From the human T2T-CHM13v2.0 reference genome, Homo sapiens: a stretch of DNA of 64,000 nucleotides. The position numbers were made by a program, and so were the translations under genes. The notes beneath the pieces are model-generated. The model was not told the DNA's origin. It did no database searches and was given only the letters and a program-made list of their open reading frames with translations. Within the stretch, counting starts at the first letter, position 1. Each line of letters begins with the position of its first letter. This document shows, in pieces, positions 14,975-31,751 of this stretch. The stretch lies in assembly GCF_009914755.1 (NCBI RefSeq), contig NC_060936.1; one strand, written 5' to 3'.

Positions 14975-15217
14975 GAAATACTGACTTAAAGAAATAGAAA
15001 ATTATAACAATATGGTTAGTTATGATTATTTAGAAAAACAAAGGGTTAATCTGGGGCTAAGTTGGGACAGTCACTTGAAAAATATTTGCAAATGGTTCAT
15101 TATGCCCTAAAAAACCAGCCCTATTGCCTCGCCTCTGGCAAGTCACTAAATCCTTGTGTGCCCTAATCTCTGAACTGTAAAATGAGAGAACTGAAGTATA
15201 TGGCTTAAAAAAATATA

Positions 15218-15904
15218 TATATTTTATTGACTTTAAGGTGCCAGCGATCGTAAGGCACACTGTTATTTTATTTGCTGCTAAGAAAGAATATGTCTGGGTT
15301 TGGTGGCTCATGCCTGTAATCCTAGTAATTTGGGAGGCTGAGGTGGGAGGATTGCTTGAGCTAAGCAGTTTGAGACCACCCTGGACAACTTGGTGAAACT
15401 CTGTCTCTACAAAAAGATTTAAAAATTACCCAGGCATGGTGGTGTGCTCCTGTAGTCCCAGCTACCTGGTGGGGGATGTGGGGGTGTTGAGGTGAGAGGA
15501 TTGCTTGAGCCTGGGAGGTTGAGGCTGCAGTGAGCCATGATTGCACTACAGCACTCCAGCCTGGGTCAGAGCAAGATCCTGTCTCAAACAAAACAAAATA
15601 AAACAAAAGAATACGCTGTCAATCAAATTACAACATAATGCTTATCACTAAGGTTGTTTAAGTATTATACTTATTAAATAACTCAAAGCACATGCATGAA
15701 AAGAAAAATGTCAGTGAAATAAATCAGTCAAGGTGCTCCTACAACTTTTCCACATTCACCCTCTGAACCAGTGTCACTGATGTCCATATTTTCTATACGA
15801 TATTGTCCTCATCACCAGTACTTTGGGCACCAAGAGCACTGTGATGCTGCATTTTTTACAGTGCTCTGTTATTGCCCCTTGGATTTTCTTTCAAGCTGCT
15901 GAGG
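15218..15904 (-). mobile_element. Tc2/pogo-class (Kanga-like) DNA transposon remnant, left part
   Basis: Terminal-like tattgactttaaggtgccagcgatcgtaaggcacac; the minus strand encodes a decayed transposase tail (SAA*KKI...KKCSIT...DEDNIV) that continues after 23291. Confidence 0.6.
15293..15606 (+). mobile_element. AluJ-type SINE inside the Kanga-like element
   Basis: ggtggctcatgcctgtaatcc...gagcaagatcctgtctc with an (aaaac)n tail; aagaata flanks both ends. Confidence 0.95.
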
Positions 15905-16199
15905 CTCATTTGGCAAGTTTCAATTTTTTTGAAAAATTACTTTATGAAGCTTGAAGAAATATTGAGTATAATTAAACTATAATCTAGGCTTATATACAGC
16001 TTAATAATAGTTCAGTTCCAAAAGAAAAGCTATTGCAGGTGAGACCGTAACATTTCCCAACACGATTTTAAGACACTGTGCTGATTTCTCAAAACAACTC
16101 TGAGGAACCCATATTTACAGTAGAAGGAGTTTTTATGAAAAATCTGGCATTATGTATCTTTGTTGCATGATTATATATGTATGTACGTATAATACAATG

Positions 16200-16598
16200 T
16201 TAGATGCACCATCACCCCCGACCCCCTGCCGCACAGTTGAAAATCCACATGTAACTTTTGACTATCCCAAAACTTAACTATTAATAGCCTACTGTTGACT
16301 GGAAGCTTTACTGACAACATAAACACATATTGTGTATGTTATATGTATGATATACTATATTCTTATAATAAAAGAGAATGTTGTTAAGAAAATCATAAGG
16401 AAGAAAATATATTTACTATTTATTAAGTGGAAGAGGATCATCATAAAGGTCTTCATCCTTGTCTTCTTCACGTTAGGTAGGCTGAGGAGAAGGAAGAGGA
16501 GGGTTGGACTTGCTATCTCGGGGGTGGCAGAGGTGGTAGAAAATCTGTGTTTATGTAGACCTGTGCAGTTCAAACCTGTGTTGTTCAAGGGTCAACTG
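16200..16598. mobile_element. Tigger2a (MER28) non-autonomous DNA transposon in the pseudogene 3'UTR
   Basis: gaaaatccacatgtaacttttgact...aatagcctactgttgactggaagc...gcagttcaaacctgtgttgttcaagggtcaactg; right TIR intact, left end degraded, flanked by TA-rich simple repeat. Confidence 0.85.
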
Positions 16599-16962
16599 CA
16601 TATGTATGTGTGTATGTATACAGTTATACTATATATACAGTATATACACTATATACACTGTGTGTGTGTATATATACACATATAATCCAACATATGGACT
16701 GTATATACACAAACACACACATAATCCAACATCATAAGAACTAGAAAACAGAAGTTGTATTCCTTAACATCAGTATTAGAGTGTAGAGTTTGAGGCTTGG
16801 ATTTAGAAATGCTTTTCAACATGTAGGGTTTGGAAAAGGAGCAATCATCTTGTTTTCAAAACCTGAAGTTTTTCTCAGGACTTATGACCATAACTGCCAC
16901 AGAGGAAAAAGGGAAGCTTTTCCCACTGTAATTGTTCATCTGTGTCAGAAAGTCCCATATCC

Positions 16963-17303
16963 TGTGTAGATCTTATAAATATTTTGCTAGATTTATGGCA
17001 AAGAGAGACATTGATGCTGCAACTGAAGCAAAACACAAACTTGAAAAAGACAAACAGAAGAAACCCAAGAAAGGAAGGAGAAGGAAATCCAATGGGAGAC
17101 AAGCTTATTTCATGAAGATGGAAGATGTTGGGTTTATGATGAATCATTACTGAATTATCTTGGTGCTGCCAAGCATTGGGCTAGGAATTTCTATTTACTT
17201 GATTTTTTATGTTGTTGCAAATGGTACTGCTTTTTAAATTTCCAATTATGCATTGTATATAATTAAATACAATTGATTTTTAATTGTAAAAAATAAAAAA
17301 ACA
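16963..17303 (+). mobile_element. Short L1-mediated retroposed insert: antisense old-L1M fragment, inverted OSBPL9P segment and poly(A)
   Basis: TSD agaaagtc(c/t)catatcc at 16947-16962 and 17304-17319; ATTAAA at 17262; A-tail at 17288-17301. Confidence 0.75.
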
Positions 17304-17608
17304 AGAAAGTCTCATATCCCTGAGAAACCATTGCAATAAGAAGGGAATGAACAGGTTCTCCCAAAGGGAGAATGTTTGTTGCTTAATTATGCTTACTGCC
17401 CTGGCCATCAGGTATAAACTTTACATTTCCTAGCCCAAGGCTTGGCAGCACCAAGATAATTCAGTAATAGTTCATCATAAACCCAATATCTTCCAACTTC
17501 ATGAAATAAGCTTGTCTCCCATTGGATTTCCTTCTCCTTCCTTTCTTGGGTTTCTTCTCTGTCTTTTTCAAGTTTGTGTTTTGCTTCAGTTGCCGCATCA
17601 ATATCTCT
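17004..17608. repeat. Inverted repeat with ~185-bp arms (17004-17187 and ~17427-17608), about 95% identical, ~240-bp spacer
   Basis: Both arms encode [15 protein letters not shown]...WETSLFHE...LLNYLGAAK on opposite strands. Confidence 0.95.
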
Positions 17609-17615
17609 GATTTTT

Positions 17616-21026
<3,411 letters not shown>

Positions 21027-22655
21027 AATGTCTCTGATTTTTAAGTTGAAAGTACATCCTTCTAAAGGCAGTGAGATTCATATTTTTTCTGATCTTTCAA
21101 CTTCCTATCTTCTTCATTATAGACATCTTCTTGGTATCTACAAAGACTGCATTTTCCCCTGTTGCATATTTTGCATACATTACACCATTCCATTCCCCTT
21201 CAGTTGAGCAGAAGGCTTCTCATCCTTTGGAGAAAAAAATCACAGTGGTAATTCTGTGCTTCCTGTCCCCAGAGAAAGGTTCAGTGTGGAAGATGATGTT
21301 TGCACTATCACCAGTTTTGGAATAATTAATATTGCATTCTCCTCCTAGTTCCATTCAGAGCACTGCGAGGATAGAACATCCGTAAACACTGGGGAATGTG
21401 AGGATGTAATGTTTCTCATAGTTAAAACAAAAGACACAGGGCTTGTGGCCCCACCCTATGTTGTGTGTCCCAATTGACATCCTGAGGAATTTTGATTAGG
21501 TCCAGATATCACCAATGAATTGAATCTTTCTGATAAACACTCAGCATAAAAGGCTAAAGTAGGTGGATGATGGGAAATCTGTTCAGCTACAAATTTTACA
21601 TTGTTTTTGGAAACCCAGGGAACTGGTCCTTCTAAAACTAGCTCTGTGTTCTCTTTGGTATCATTTGGTAATATCCATTGACACTGAAAGATCTTGCTAA
21701 AATGACTTTTTGACAATTGATTCTTTCCTTCTTGCATGAAAGGCTGAGAGGTACCATTTCACATTCTGAACCGTTCAATCCCTGGTCACCAATGTTCGCA
21801 AAAAGGTTGGATATGCAAAAAATGTCTGCATATGCTTCTAAAAGAGATCCTCTTTCAAGAAAAAATGGTGGAAGATCTACTTTAGTAAGATCCATACTAA
21901 GCCTAACCTGTGACAAGAAGTGTGTGGTAACGCTCTTATGCTCCTCCATGGACCCTGCCTCCTCCTTGTCAGGTCTCTCATCATGTGAATCAAGAGTCAG
22001 CATCACTTGTTCCATTGGATGTGAAAGAATTAAGTGATTCTGTGCTATCTGGGCACTTTAGTCTGTTTTCCGCACTGCCATGTGTCAAGATTGACGCAGA
22101 TTCAGAAGAATCTATTAAGTGCTTTGGGGATGAGCCATGTTGATGACATTCATCAGCATTGTAGAATTCATCTTCACTGCTGGAATAAGAGAATTCTGGG
22201 ATTGTATTTAGAGAAGCCATTGACATGGCTTGGAGAAGTTAGACCGCTACTAGGTGGTGAATGGGCACTGCCTCTACTATTTGGTGTTGGAGTCTAATGA
22301 TGTCCCAAGGCAATTAGTACAGGTCCAACTGGTCAGGAAGATGAACTCTGCTCTGTCTTATGCAGTTGAGTAGGTTCCAGAGGGAGGTGAGACAGTCTGG
22401 GAAGGCATTGTGCTGATCACAGGTTCCCAGGGACTAGGTTGATACACTGCATCTACAAGATTAATAGTACTTATAATTCTATCTGCGTGCTTCTCAGCAT
22501 TATTCTGGTCTTCAGCAGTCTGCATCAACACAGTGCAGTGTTTCATTGATTCCACCATGCTATTTGCTTCTCTTTGAGAGTTTCAGTTTTCTTTCTCTGC
22601 TTATTATCTTTGCAGTTTTGAAGCTTGTGATCAAAAAACTTTAATTGTTCTATCA

Positions 22656-22970
<315 letters not shown>

Positions 22971-23291
22971 TTAACTTTCCTGTCAAAGTTTTGGACACTA
23001 GGAACAAATCCTGAATCCAAATCTCTGGAGGTGACAAGGAAGGAGGCAAGGAAAGTGTGACATCTGAGCCCATAGCCTGGCCCTGGGCAGGCACCAGGGA
23101 CCATGGGACTCAGGGGTGGAGGTTAGGCCTCTCCCAGACCCTCAGGGTGTACTCACTCCACAAGTGTCCAGCAAGAAAGTAATTTGCAAGACCCCCACAC
23201 TCTGTGCCTCCAGGATAGAGAGGGGGCTGGGGGCTGCTTCCGAGCACCCCTTTTCCTTCTCCACTTGATTGGATCCTCATTTGGCAAGTTT

Positions 23292-23555
23292 TGATACTTG
23301 TGCTTCTTGAGCTTATGGGAAAGTATCAACAGAACAGTTTAGACAACAGTACATATTCCCTCCTCAGGTTTATTTCAGGTTCTACTCAGTTTCAGGTTTA
23401 TTTCCTGAAACTTCAAGAAGTTACATTTATCCAATGATATCACCAGGAACTGCAACCAAGTAAGTGCATGCACAGGCAATAATAATAATATTATGATTAT
23501 CACATGTCTAAGAACAACTATAAAATGCATCCCAGTTCACAGTTGTTAAAATGTG
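23292..23555 (-). mobile_element. Kanga-like DNA transposon remnant, right part
   Basis: The minus strand reads ...LILSHKLK-AQVSKLAK*, which joins *ASAA*KKI across the pseudogene TSD. Confidence 0.55.
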
Positions 23556-23585
23556 TATGTTGGGGGGTAGTTTGTAGGCATTGCA

Positions 23586-23890
23586 TGTATGTATGTATGT
23601 ATGTATGTATATATTAGAGACAGGGTCTTACTCCGTCACCCAGGCTGGAGTGCACTGGTATGATCTAGCTCACTGCAACCTTGAATTCCTGGGCTCAAGT
23701 GATCCTCCAGCCTCAGCCTCCTGAGTAGCTGGGAATACAGGTGCATGCCACCATGCCTGGCTAATTTTTAAAATTTTTGTACAGGTAGAGTCTTGTTATT
23801 TGCTCAGGCCAGTCTCAAACTCCTGGCCTCAAGTGATCCCAGCCTCTGAAAGTGCTAGGATTAGAGAGGCATGAGCCACCACACCGGGCC
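23586..23890 (-). mobile_element. AluJ-type SINE with a (tatg)n microsatellite at its tail
   Basis: gagacagggtcttactccgtcacccaggctgg...gagccaccacaccgggcc. Confidence 0.93.
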
Positions 23891-24109
23891 TCAACTGAAA
23901 TTCTTCCAGAGAAGATAGAGACCAAATAGGCATATCTCTAAGTCCTAGGTCCCATCTTCAGTTATGCTAGTCAGTTTTTTCCTCTTATTCCTCCACATAA
24001 GATTTTGAAAAGAGGTTTCTACTGCTAAAAAAACAAGTGTGAACCCCTGTCACACTTGTATGGCCATTTCTAGCTTTAGCATTCTCTAAGTCTATAATAA
24101 TGCTGCACA

Positions 24110-24310
24110 GGCTAAGTAACTGAGTCTCGAATTTCTGGGACCTTAACTGGCACAGGCTTCTTCCAAAGTCTTGGGAGGCATCCTAGCAATGTATTCACAC
24201 CACCATATGGTTTTGTCAAATTCGAAAAATGATATTTTTGTATTTTTTTTCTTAAAGAACTCCCTCCCCTCAAATTGTATAAACTTGAGGCGGCACAAAA
24301 CCTAGATCTT
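24110..24310. mobile_element. MER96B-like hAT fragment
   Basis: ggcacaggcttcttccaaagtcttgg...ctcaaattgtataaactt...cacaaaacctagatc. Confidence 0.45.
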
Positions 24311-26334
24311 CCTTTGATCATACAATTTTATATCAAGACAGCACTTAAGTTGGCCAGAAGAGTCACATACATTTGATTCTCACAGAAACCCAGGATCCTA
24401 CAGATGAAAAATCTGAAGCTTTTGAAGGTTAGACAACTTGCCTAAGGACAGGTATCAGGCAAATCCTTTTGTGAGGACTTAAAACTCTAACTTCAGTTCT
24501 CATTCCACATCCAGTCTTCTTTCTGCACTATCACTTTAGTTAACATGGGTTGTCTTGGCTTGACCAGGTTGCCAAAGTGACTCTTATCATAAAAGAGTTC
24601 TGAATTCTAATTGCAAGTTCTAAGACTATTTTTCTTTTATTCTGAATGTAAACATGAAACTGTAAAACCAATTGTAGCTCAAGTAGCCTGTGAAAGTCAC
24701 TTTCACACGATGTGTAAGAGAATATTTACCGATTTGTATTGAGTAAACCACCTGCCAAACCCTCACTTGGGAGGCCACACCAGTTCCAGAGAATAACAAC
24801 TTTGTGTTAAAATTCCAGAAAAATATGCCTGCTGAGTATCTTTTTTGTTGTGTTTGTTTAATCTTTGTTAAGCTCAGTGATATATGCACATATAAGAACA
24901 TATTTTTCTCATATCTGAAATCTGGATACATACTTCCTGAAAATGTATTACTACTGCCTTTGTTTTTTTTTCATTGCATATTTTCCTTTCACAGATTCAT
25001 CATGTAGTCTGAATATAATACCCACTCTTGTTGTCAAGCACAAACAGAAAAGAGTACAGTTTCCCTTTAAAAGCACAATGCCCTATTGATGCCTTTAAAA
25101 GTCATTAAAGAATATCTCACAAAGCCCAGGAGAGCATTACAATAATTGCTTCCCTTTCCTAGGTGAAAAAGGACATATCTGTCAAATAGAAAAGTGCAGA
25201 AGCAATTAACACCTTAATACTCTACTGGGAAATTGCCTGAATTAACAGAGATGCTTCATGGTTATTGTATTTCTAAAGTTTAGTTACTAGCATGACTGTC
25301 CTCAGTCATTTCCATTTACTTTCCCCAGGACAACAGGGCTCGGAGTTAGGTATGGGCATGGCAGAGGGTGTATTTGAGTGTTTGCATATGAGGCACACAT
25401 GGTTCTTCAGTCACATGTTTCAGAGGATGAATGCAGAAGTAGGGCTGGTGTATGCACTTATGAAATCAATACGTAAGGATACATATGTTTTAAATCAACT
25501 TCTCAGGCCTAAAAAAACCCCACACTTCTGGATTCTGTGCTGCCCACCCATGGAACTGCCTTATCAGTCCTCTTCCAGGGCTGGGGTACTCAACAGAAAG
25601 TTTATATTTACCAGGCCTTCCTCAGAAACAGCGGAGGCACATGAACGAACTGGGGAGTGAATCAAACAGGTAAAAACCCTTGTATATCAGCGGCAAGATC
25701 CAGAAAGAGCCTAGCAGTCCAATTCATTATCTCTCCCTCTTCCAGGAGATGTTAGATGGTGTTTATTGAGTACAGTCTAGGCATACCTACCTGGTTAGAA
25801 TTTTGAGAGACACTGAAAAAGTAAACAGGGCCTGGGTCCCTTTTCCTTAGGAAGAAACAAACCTGTAAATTATAGTAAAGGTAAAGTGTGTTTCCTTCCT
25901 CCCACCCCACCCCCAAGCATGGCTATTCTATGAGGGATCAGGGCAACTCTCAGAATTCTCAGAGAAAATCATATGGGGTGTTCTAGTTTCCATTTTTACA
26001 CAGGTGAAATCAGACAAAAGTGAAAAAAGACAGCATGGAAAAAAGAAAGTAGTAATGAACTCAGGACAATGCTGAAGGAGGAGGGGGCAGTTGGTTCACC
26101 TTGTCTGGTGACAGGGTAATCTCAGGTGACCTTCAGGAGCTATCTGGCTCAACGCCTATTTCCATTTGGTTTTCTTTGCTACGTGTCTACAGTCTCCACC
26201 CAGTAATGGTCTGAATACCCCCAGTGTGAGAAACTAATCCTCCCAGAAAGCCATCTATGCCTTCTTCAGATAGCTTCCATGGATAATAACTCACATTTAT
26301 TAAAAACTTTATATGCAGTAGGCCTGACTTGGTA

Positions 26335-26946
26335 TGCCATGGAGGACGGTGTTCTCTATGATCTCATATGTTTTCTATATGACAGTTCTCTATGATCCTT
26401 AACTCCTGATGTTCACTGCCCTTAGATGTCCTCTTTCCTTGAGTGTGGGCATGACCTATGGCTTACCTCTAACCAGTAGATATGGCAAAGCTTCCAGATG
26501 CATGTTGTTATATATATGCCGACTATGCACATATAACATATGTATATATGTCGGCATATATATGTTGTATATATGTCGGCATATATATGTTATATATATG
26601 CCGACTGTAGCACCTATCATGCTCACAGCCTTGTCTCCCTTGTGGGCTTTGAGGCTGGGGCTGAAGGCAGCCTCTGGGGCTGACAGCCAGCAAGAAACCA
26701 AAGCCCTGAACTGAATTCGGCCAACAACCTGGGTGCGCCTGGGAGTAGATCCTCTCTGAGTCAAGACTCAGTCGAGACTGCTATTCTATTTGACACCTTG
26801 ATTGTAGCTCTGTGAGACCCTAAAAAGGACCAGATGAGCCGTGCCTAGAATCCTGACCCACAGAAACTGTGGGATAATAAACGTGTATTGTTTTAAGCTG
26901 CTAAATTTGTAGTAATATTGTTACATGGTGATAGATAACTAATGTA
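26335..26946 (+). mobile_element. MLT1 (E/F-like) MaLR LTR inserted in a MIR
   Basis: ccttgagtgtgggc...gacagccagcaagaaa...ctgacccacagaaactgtgggataataaacgtgtattgttttaagctgctaaatttg...gatagataactaat. Confidence 0.8.
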
Positions 26947-28267
26947 AATGCTTTATGTGTATTAACTCGTATAATCCTCATTACACTCTCATTTCACACA
27001 ATGGGAAAACTGAAGCATGAAACTGAAGCAACCAGCTTAATTCCACACAGTAGTAGGTGGCAGGGCCGGCATTCAAGTAAGGCAGGCTAGCTCCAGAGCC
27101 TGCGTTCCTAACCAGATAGGTGTGCTGCCTTCCTATGCTTAGAAAGTTCTACCTTAAGCTGCTTCCTAGTCTGATTCCCTAAAGCTTGACCCCACAGCAC
27201 GAATCAAACATCCAAACACAGGTGCTAGTCAGAGAAACTGAAAGAAACAAGCTGTGCTGGACACACATGTACAGGGTACGGATGTGAAACAGGGTGAAGA
27301 GCAACAGGTGCTGCCTCCCAGTATTCACCAGCCAAACGAGATGCTTCTGTGTTTAGACGGTGACTGCTGAGAGGGGGATCATGCTGGTTGGTGCCCTCTG
27401 GCCTATGAGTTCTAGTTCTGCCTCTAAGATCATGGAAAACATGATAATCCCTTTTCCATATGAGCTGAAATATTTCAAACTATTGATCTTTTTTTCCCCC
27501 AAATCCTCTATTTTCTCTTACTCACATAAATGGTGAGTTGTTTTTGCTGTTCTCTTTTGCAAATGGTCTTCTTGACACGTGCAGAAACAAATGGTTGTAG
27601 GCTCTGTGTGGTATCAGCTGGCAGAGATGCCTCGTCTTCTTCCTCATCTGCAGGGCTGGGTCAGGGATGCCCCCCACCCACCCAAGATATGGTTCTGATA
27701 GGCAGCGTCAATTCACTGATATTCTTTCCTGTCATTATAGCGGTTTTAAAAAAATTATCCAGGTAATAAACAAATGCGTTTTAGTGTAAGATTCCAATGA
27801 GACAGAAGGATTTGGGGCAAAGCCCAAGGGCACTCCTCTGCACTCTCCTTCTACTCCTCCCATCTCAGAGGAAGCCACTGTCAAAATTTGTGCCAACCTT
27901 TCACTCTCTCTTTTAAAACACTAACATTTCACCTAAATTGGATTGAACACCACAAAATGACTTGCTGTTTTCCAACATACCAATATGTCTTGGAGATCTT
28001 TTCATGACATGGCCTACAGGTCTACCTCATACGTTTAACAGTTTTATAAACCTTCCTAGAATAATGACATCCTAATTTGTTTGACCATTCCTCTATTGAT
28101 AGATATTTTAGGTTGCTTACAATATTTCATTAACATCTTCAACATGCATCTCTGTACAGACTGACTTGCTATTATATTTTATACCCAGTTCTGCCCACTT
28201 TCATGGTCAACTCCACTCTACTTGTCCTCTTGCAGCTGACTGAAGGAACTCTCTGTTCCCACTTTTC

Positions 28268-28551
28268 TTTTTTTTTTTTTTAGACGGAGTCTCGCTCTGT
28301 CACCGCCCTGGCTGGAGTGCAGTGGTGTGATCTCAGCTCCGCCTTCTGGATTCAAGCGATTCTTATGCCTCATCTTCCTGGTATAACAGGCACCCAGCCA
28401 CCATGCCCAGCTATTTTTTTTTTCTATTTTTAATAGAGACGGGGTTTCACCATGTTGGCCAGGATCATCCCGAACTTCTGACTTCAGGTGATCTGCCTGC
28501 CTCAGCCTCCGAAAGTATTGGGATTACAGGCATTAGCCACCGTGCCCGGCC
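28268..28551 (-). mobile_element. AluS with internal deletions, within old L1M fragments
   Basis: Poly(T)-agacggagtctcgctctg...ccaccgtgcccggcc; TSD ttcccacttttc at 28256-28267 and 28556-28567. Confidence 0.95.
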
Positions 28552-29449
28552 TCCATTCCCACTTTTCAACAGTGAATCAGAGTTGGGAGAGGTCCCTTCC
28601 TATTCCTGGTGACACCCTCTTCCAAACCAACTGACATTCTCCCTCAGAGGCAGTGACTGATGATAACAGTGGTTGTCAAGTCTACTTATATATTTTTTTG
28701 AAGCATTCCTTTATCAGATTAGGATGATTCTAAAAATTCACCACCTTTTATGAGTAGCAAGCACAGTTACATCTTCATGCACAGGTGTGAGTATTATTAA
28801 AGGATATATTCCCAGAAATATTGGGAAAAACATACATTTTAAAATATTTTTATTGATGATACCAATGTGTCTTCCAAAAAGTTTATATTCCTATGAACAA
28901 TTAGAAGTGTTTATTTTTCAGTATCCTAGATAACACTTGATATAATCAGCATTTTAAATATTTACCACTTCATTTATTATAAACTCCTAAAACTTTCTTT
29001 CCTTCATTCCTTGTGTCTGAAGAGCAGAAGAAGAGTTCTTGCCACCATAATGACAACCACCTTCATCTGGCCTCCTAGAAAGAATAGATCCTGGATAGGC
29101 TTTATTAGCTTATAGGCAATGTTATCCTGCAAGAATGGTAGCTAAAAGGTGTTCAGGACAACTAGAAAATTTTTCCAAGTTCTGTAGTCCCAAATAAGAA
29201 GAACATAGGCAAGAAGTCTCTGCTTGTAGAAGCTGGTATAAAGTTACTTTTAGCATTTAGCTGAAATACTGAGCTACTCAGTTCCAATGTTGTACCTCCA
29301 GTGGCTTCAAAGGAGAAAAATCTTAAAGTAGAAAGGATTGACTTTAAGGTTAAAAGAAACCTTATGCCAAAGGTAGGCAAAATCATATTAAAAGAATGCC
29401 CTAGCTGTTTAGAATATATTCAAGTTTCTAGAGTCAGATAAAGTTAAGC

Positions 29450-30870
29450 CAGAGAATTAAAATAATGTATAAACATGACTATGAAATGAAGATAAAAATC
29501 AAAGGTATGCTGAAAGGCTGGAATGAGCAAGAATCTCAATTTCTATATTGAAGGATGCCAGAAATCTTAGACCTCTGGGATATGTCCTGGCAACATTTTA
29601 GAAAGGATTATTATACCACTGAAGAATAAGGAAGGTAAACCACCACCATATAGAAAGATAATATACACTAGTTATGATATTTTAGTATTTCAGTGGGACT
29701 TTTAGAAAGATCTCTCATAATAACCTGTAGAGAGGATGGACTACCATGAACTGAGTGAAAATGATACCCAAAGCCTGCAAATCAGCATGCATGGGTAAAA
29801 GGCAAGATCTCTGCCGGGGATGCTGCAAAGCTCTGTCCTTGGCACTGCTATGCTCAAAATTGTTAACACTATTTGATGCTTATCAAATTTGAAGCTAATT
29901 CATTGCTAAGAAGAGTAGTAGATGTATGTGATGATCAGGAATAGAGACTATTTCATCAAGTTGGAAAGAGAAGCTGACTCACTCGAGAGCTGTGTACATA
30001 GCTGAAAGAAGACAGCCTTTGAATTAAGGTGATTCTAAACTCAAATATCAGTCCCGTTGTTGGGTAGACTTGGACAAGTTACCTAAGCCTCTGTGAGCCT
30101 TAATTTCTTCCTCCACAAAAGAGGGATAACACCTCTGTTTTTTAAATAAATAAGACTGACATGATTTTTGGTACATAACAGATGCTCACTAGTAGTACTC
30201 TTCCTCCTCTCCTCTTCTCAAACATTACTGGCAGAATATAAGAGAAATAAATGTGCAGACAATTGAATGGAGAGTACAGAGTTGCACAGCATTACACAGA
30301 GTACTACCCCTCAAGGGTGGAAACCTAGCTCTTAAGAGTGATTCATAAGAATAAGACCTGTATGTGTTAGTTGATGGCAAGTTCAATATAAACAAACATC
30401 ATTATTTCATTTAAAAATACAGTCATAATCTGCGTTGAGTATTACATCCAGATCAGGTGAGCTAATGGTTTTCTTGAACTCTGTTCTTTTCAGACCAGCA
30501 GCGTGGCAAAGTGTCTAGTTTTGGCTGCTCCATGCTAAAGACCATTGACAAACTAAAGAAAGACTAGCAGGATATGGAAAACATGTTCTATAAGGCAGAA
30601 CCGGAGGAAGGAACATATTTTATCTGGTTTAAACAACAACAGCAACTCAAGCAAGAGATGATAGATGTATTCAAGTATCTGAATGACTGACTTTGGGGAA
30701 GCTCAGAAAGATTAGAAGAGCCAGTGGGTAGCGGTTCAAGATAAGAAACTTCAGTCCATCAGGGTAAGGAATGCTCAACAGAGATGTAAAAAAGCAGGGG
30801 TTACTTTGTAAGACAGTAAGTTTCCTGTGTCTAAAAATATTGAAGCAGAAGAAATTAGATGTGGAGTTTC
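29450..30870 (+). mobile_element. Ancient CR1/L3 LINE remnant interrupted by a MIR (~30000-30190)
   Basis: CR1 RT-like stretches gctctgtccttggcactg...tatcaaatttg, ttagttgatggcaagttcaat, gtgtctagttttggctgctcc and gtaagtttcctgtgtct. Confidence 0.6.
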
Positions 30871-31147
30871 CAATAGTGAAAGTAGAACACAAAGGGGAAA
30901 ATATGTGTATGTGATGCATGCACATATTTTTTTAGGTGTTTATTAGAGAAAGATCAGTAAGAGCACTCCGAGTTCCACTCTATCATTCTATTTCATCATT
31001 GTGTAAGGGTTGATTTATAATATTGATGAGATCCTAAGGCAGGTGATGAAAGGAGACTCTTTGATTTGACAAACATGGGTTGCACTCTGCTATGAACACT
31101 ACTGGGCAAAACTTTGTGGGTGGAACTTTTAATAAAGATACATTTTC

Positions 31148-31487
<340 letters not shown>

Positions 31488-31751
31488 CTATAACCTTAAA
31501 TTAAATGTAAGTCTGCAATCCAGGAAAACAATTGCAGAGCAACTTGAAACAGGATGAGTGAAACTGCTGAAAACTTCAATAAAAATATAAAATATTCTGG
31601 GACAGGCATGGTGGCTCAGGCCTGTAATCCCAGCATTTTGGGAAGCCAAGGCAGGTGGATCAACAGAGGGCAGGAGTTCAATACCAGCCTGACTAATATG
31701 GCAAAACCGCGGTTTTTTTTTTTTTTTTTTTTTTTGTAAAAATACAAAATT

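Noticed and set aside
16332-16685. 117-aa basic/hydrophobic ORF
   Set aside because: Chance ORF through Tigger2a and a TA-rich simple repeat.
16932-17153. Independent small ORP9-like gene on the plus strand
   Set aside because: It is a frameshifted inverted copy of the pseudogene segment with a non-ATG start.
27530-27766. Possible exon or ORF ending in cag|gtaata
   Set aside because: No recognisable protein and no convincing acceptor; such donor-like motifs are common by chance.
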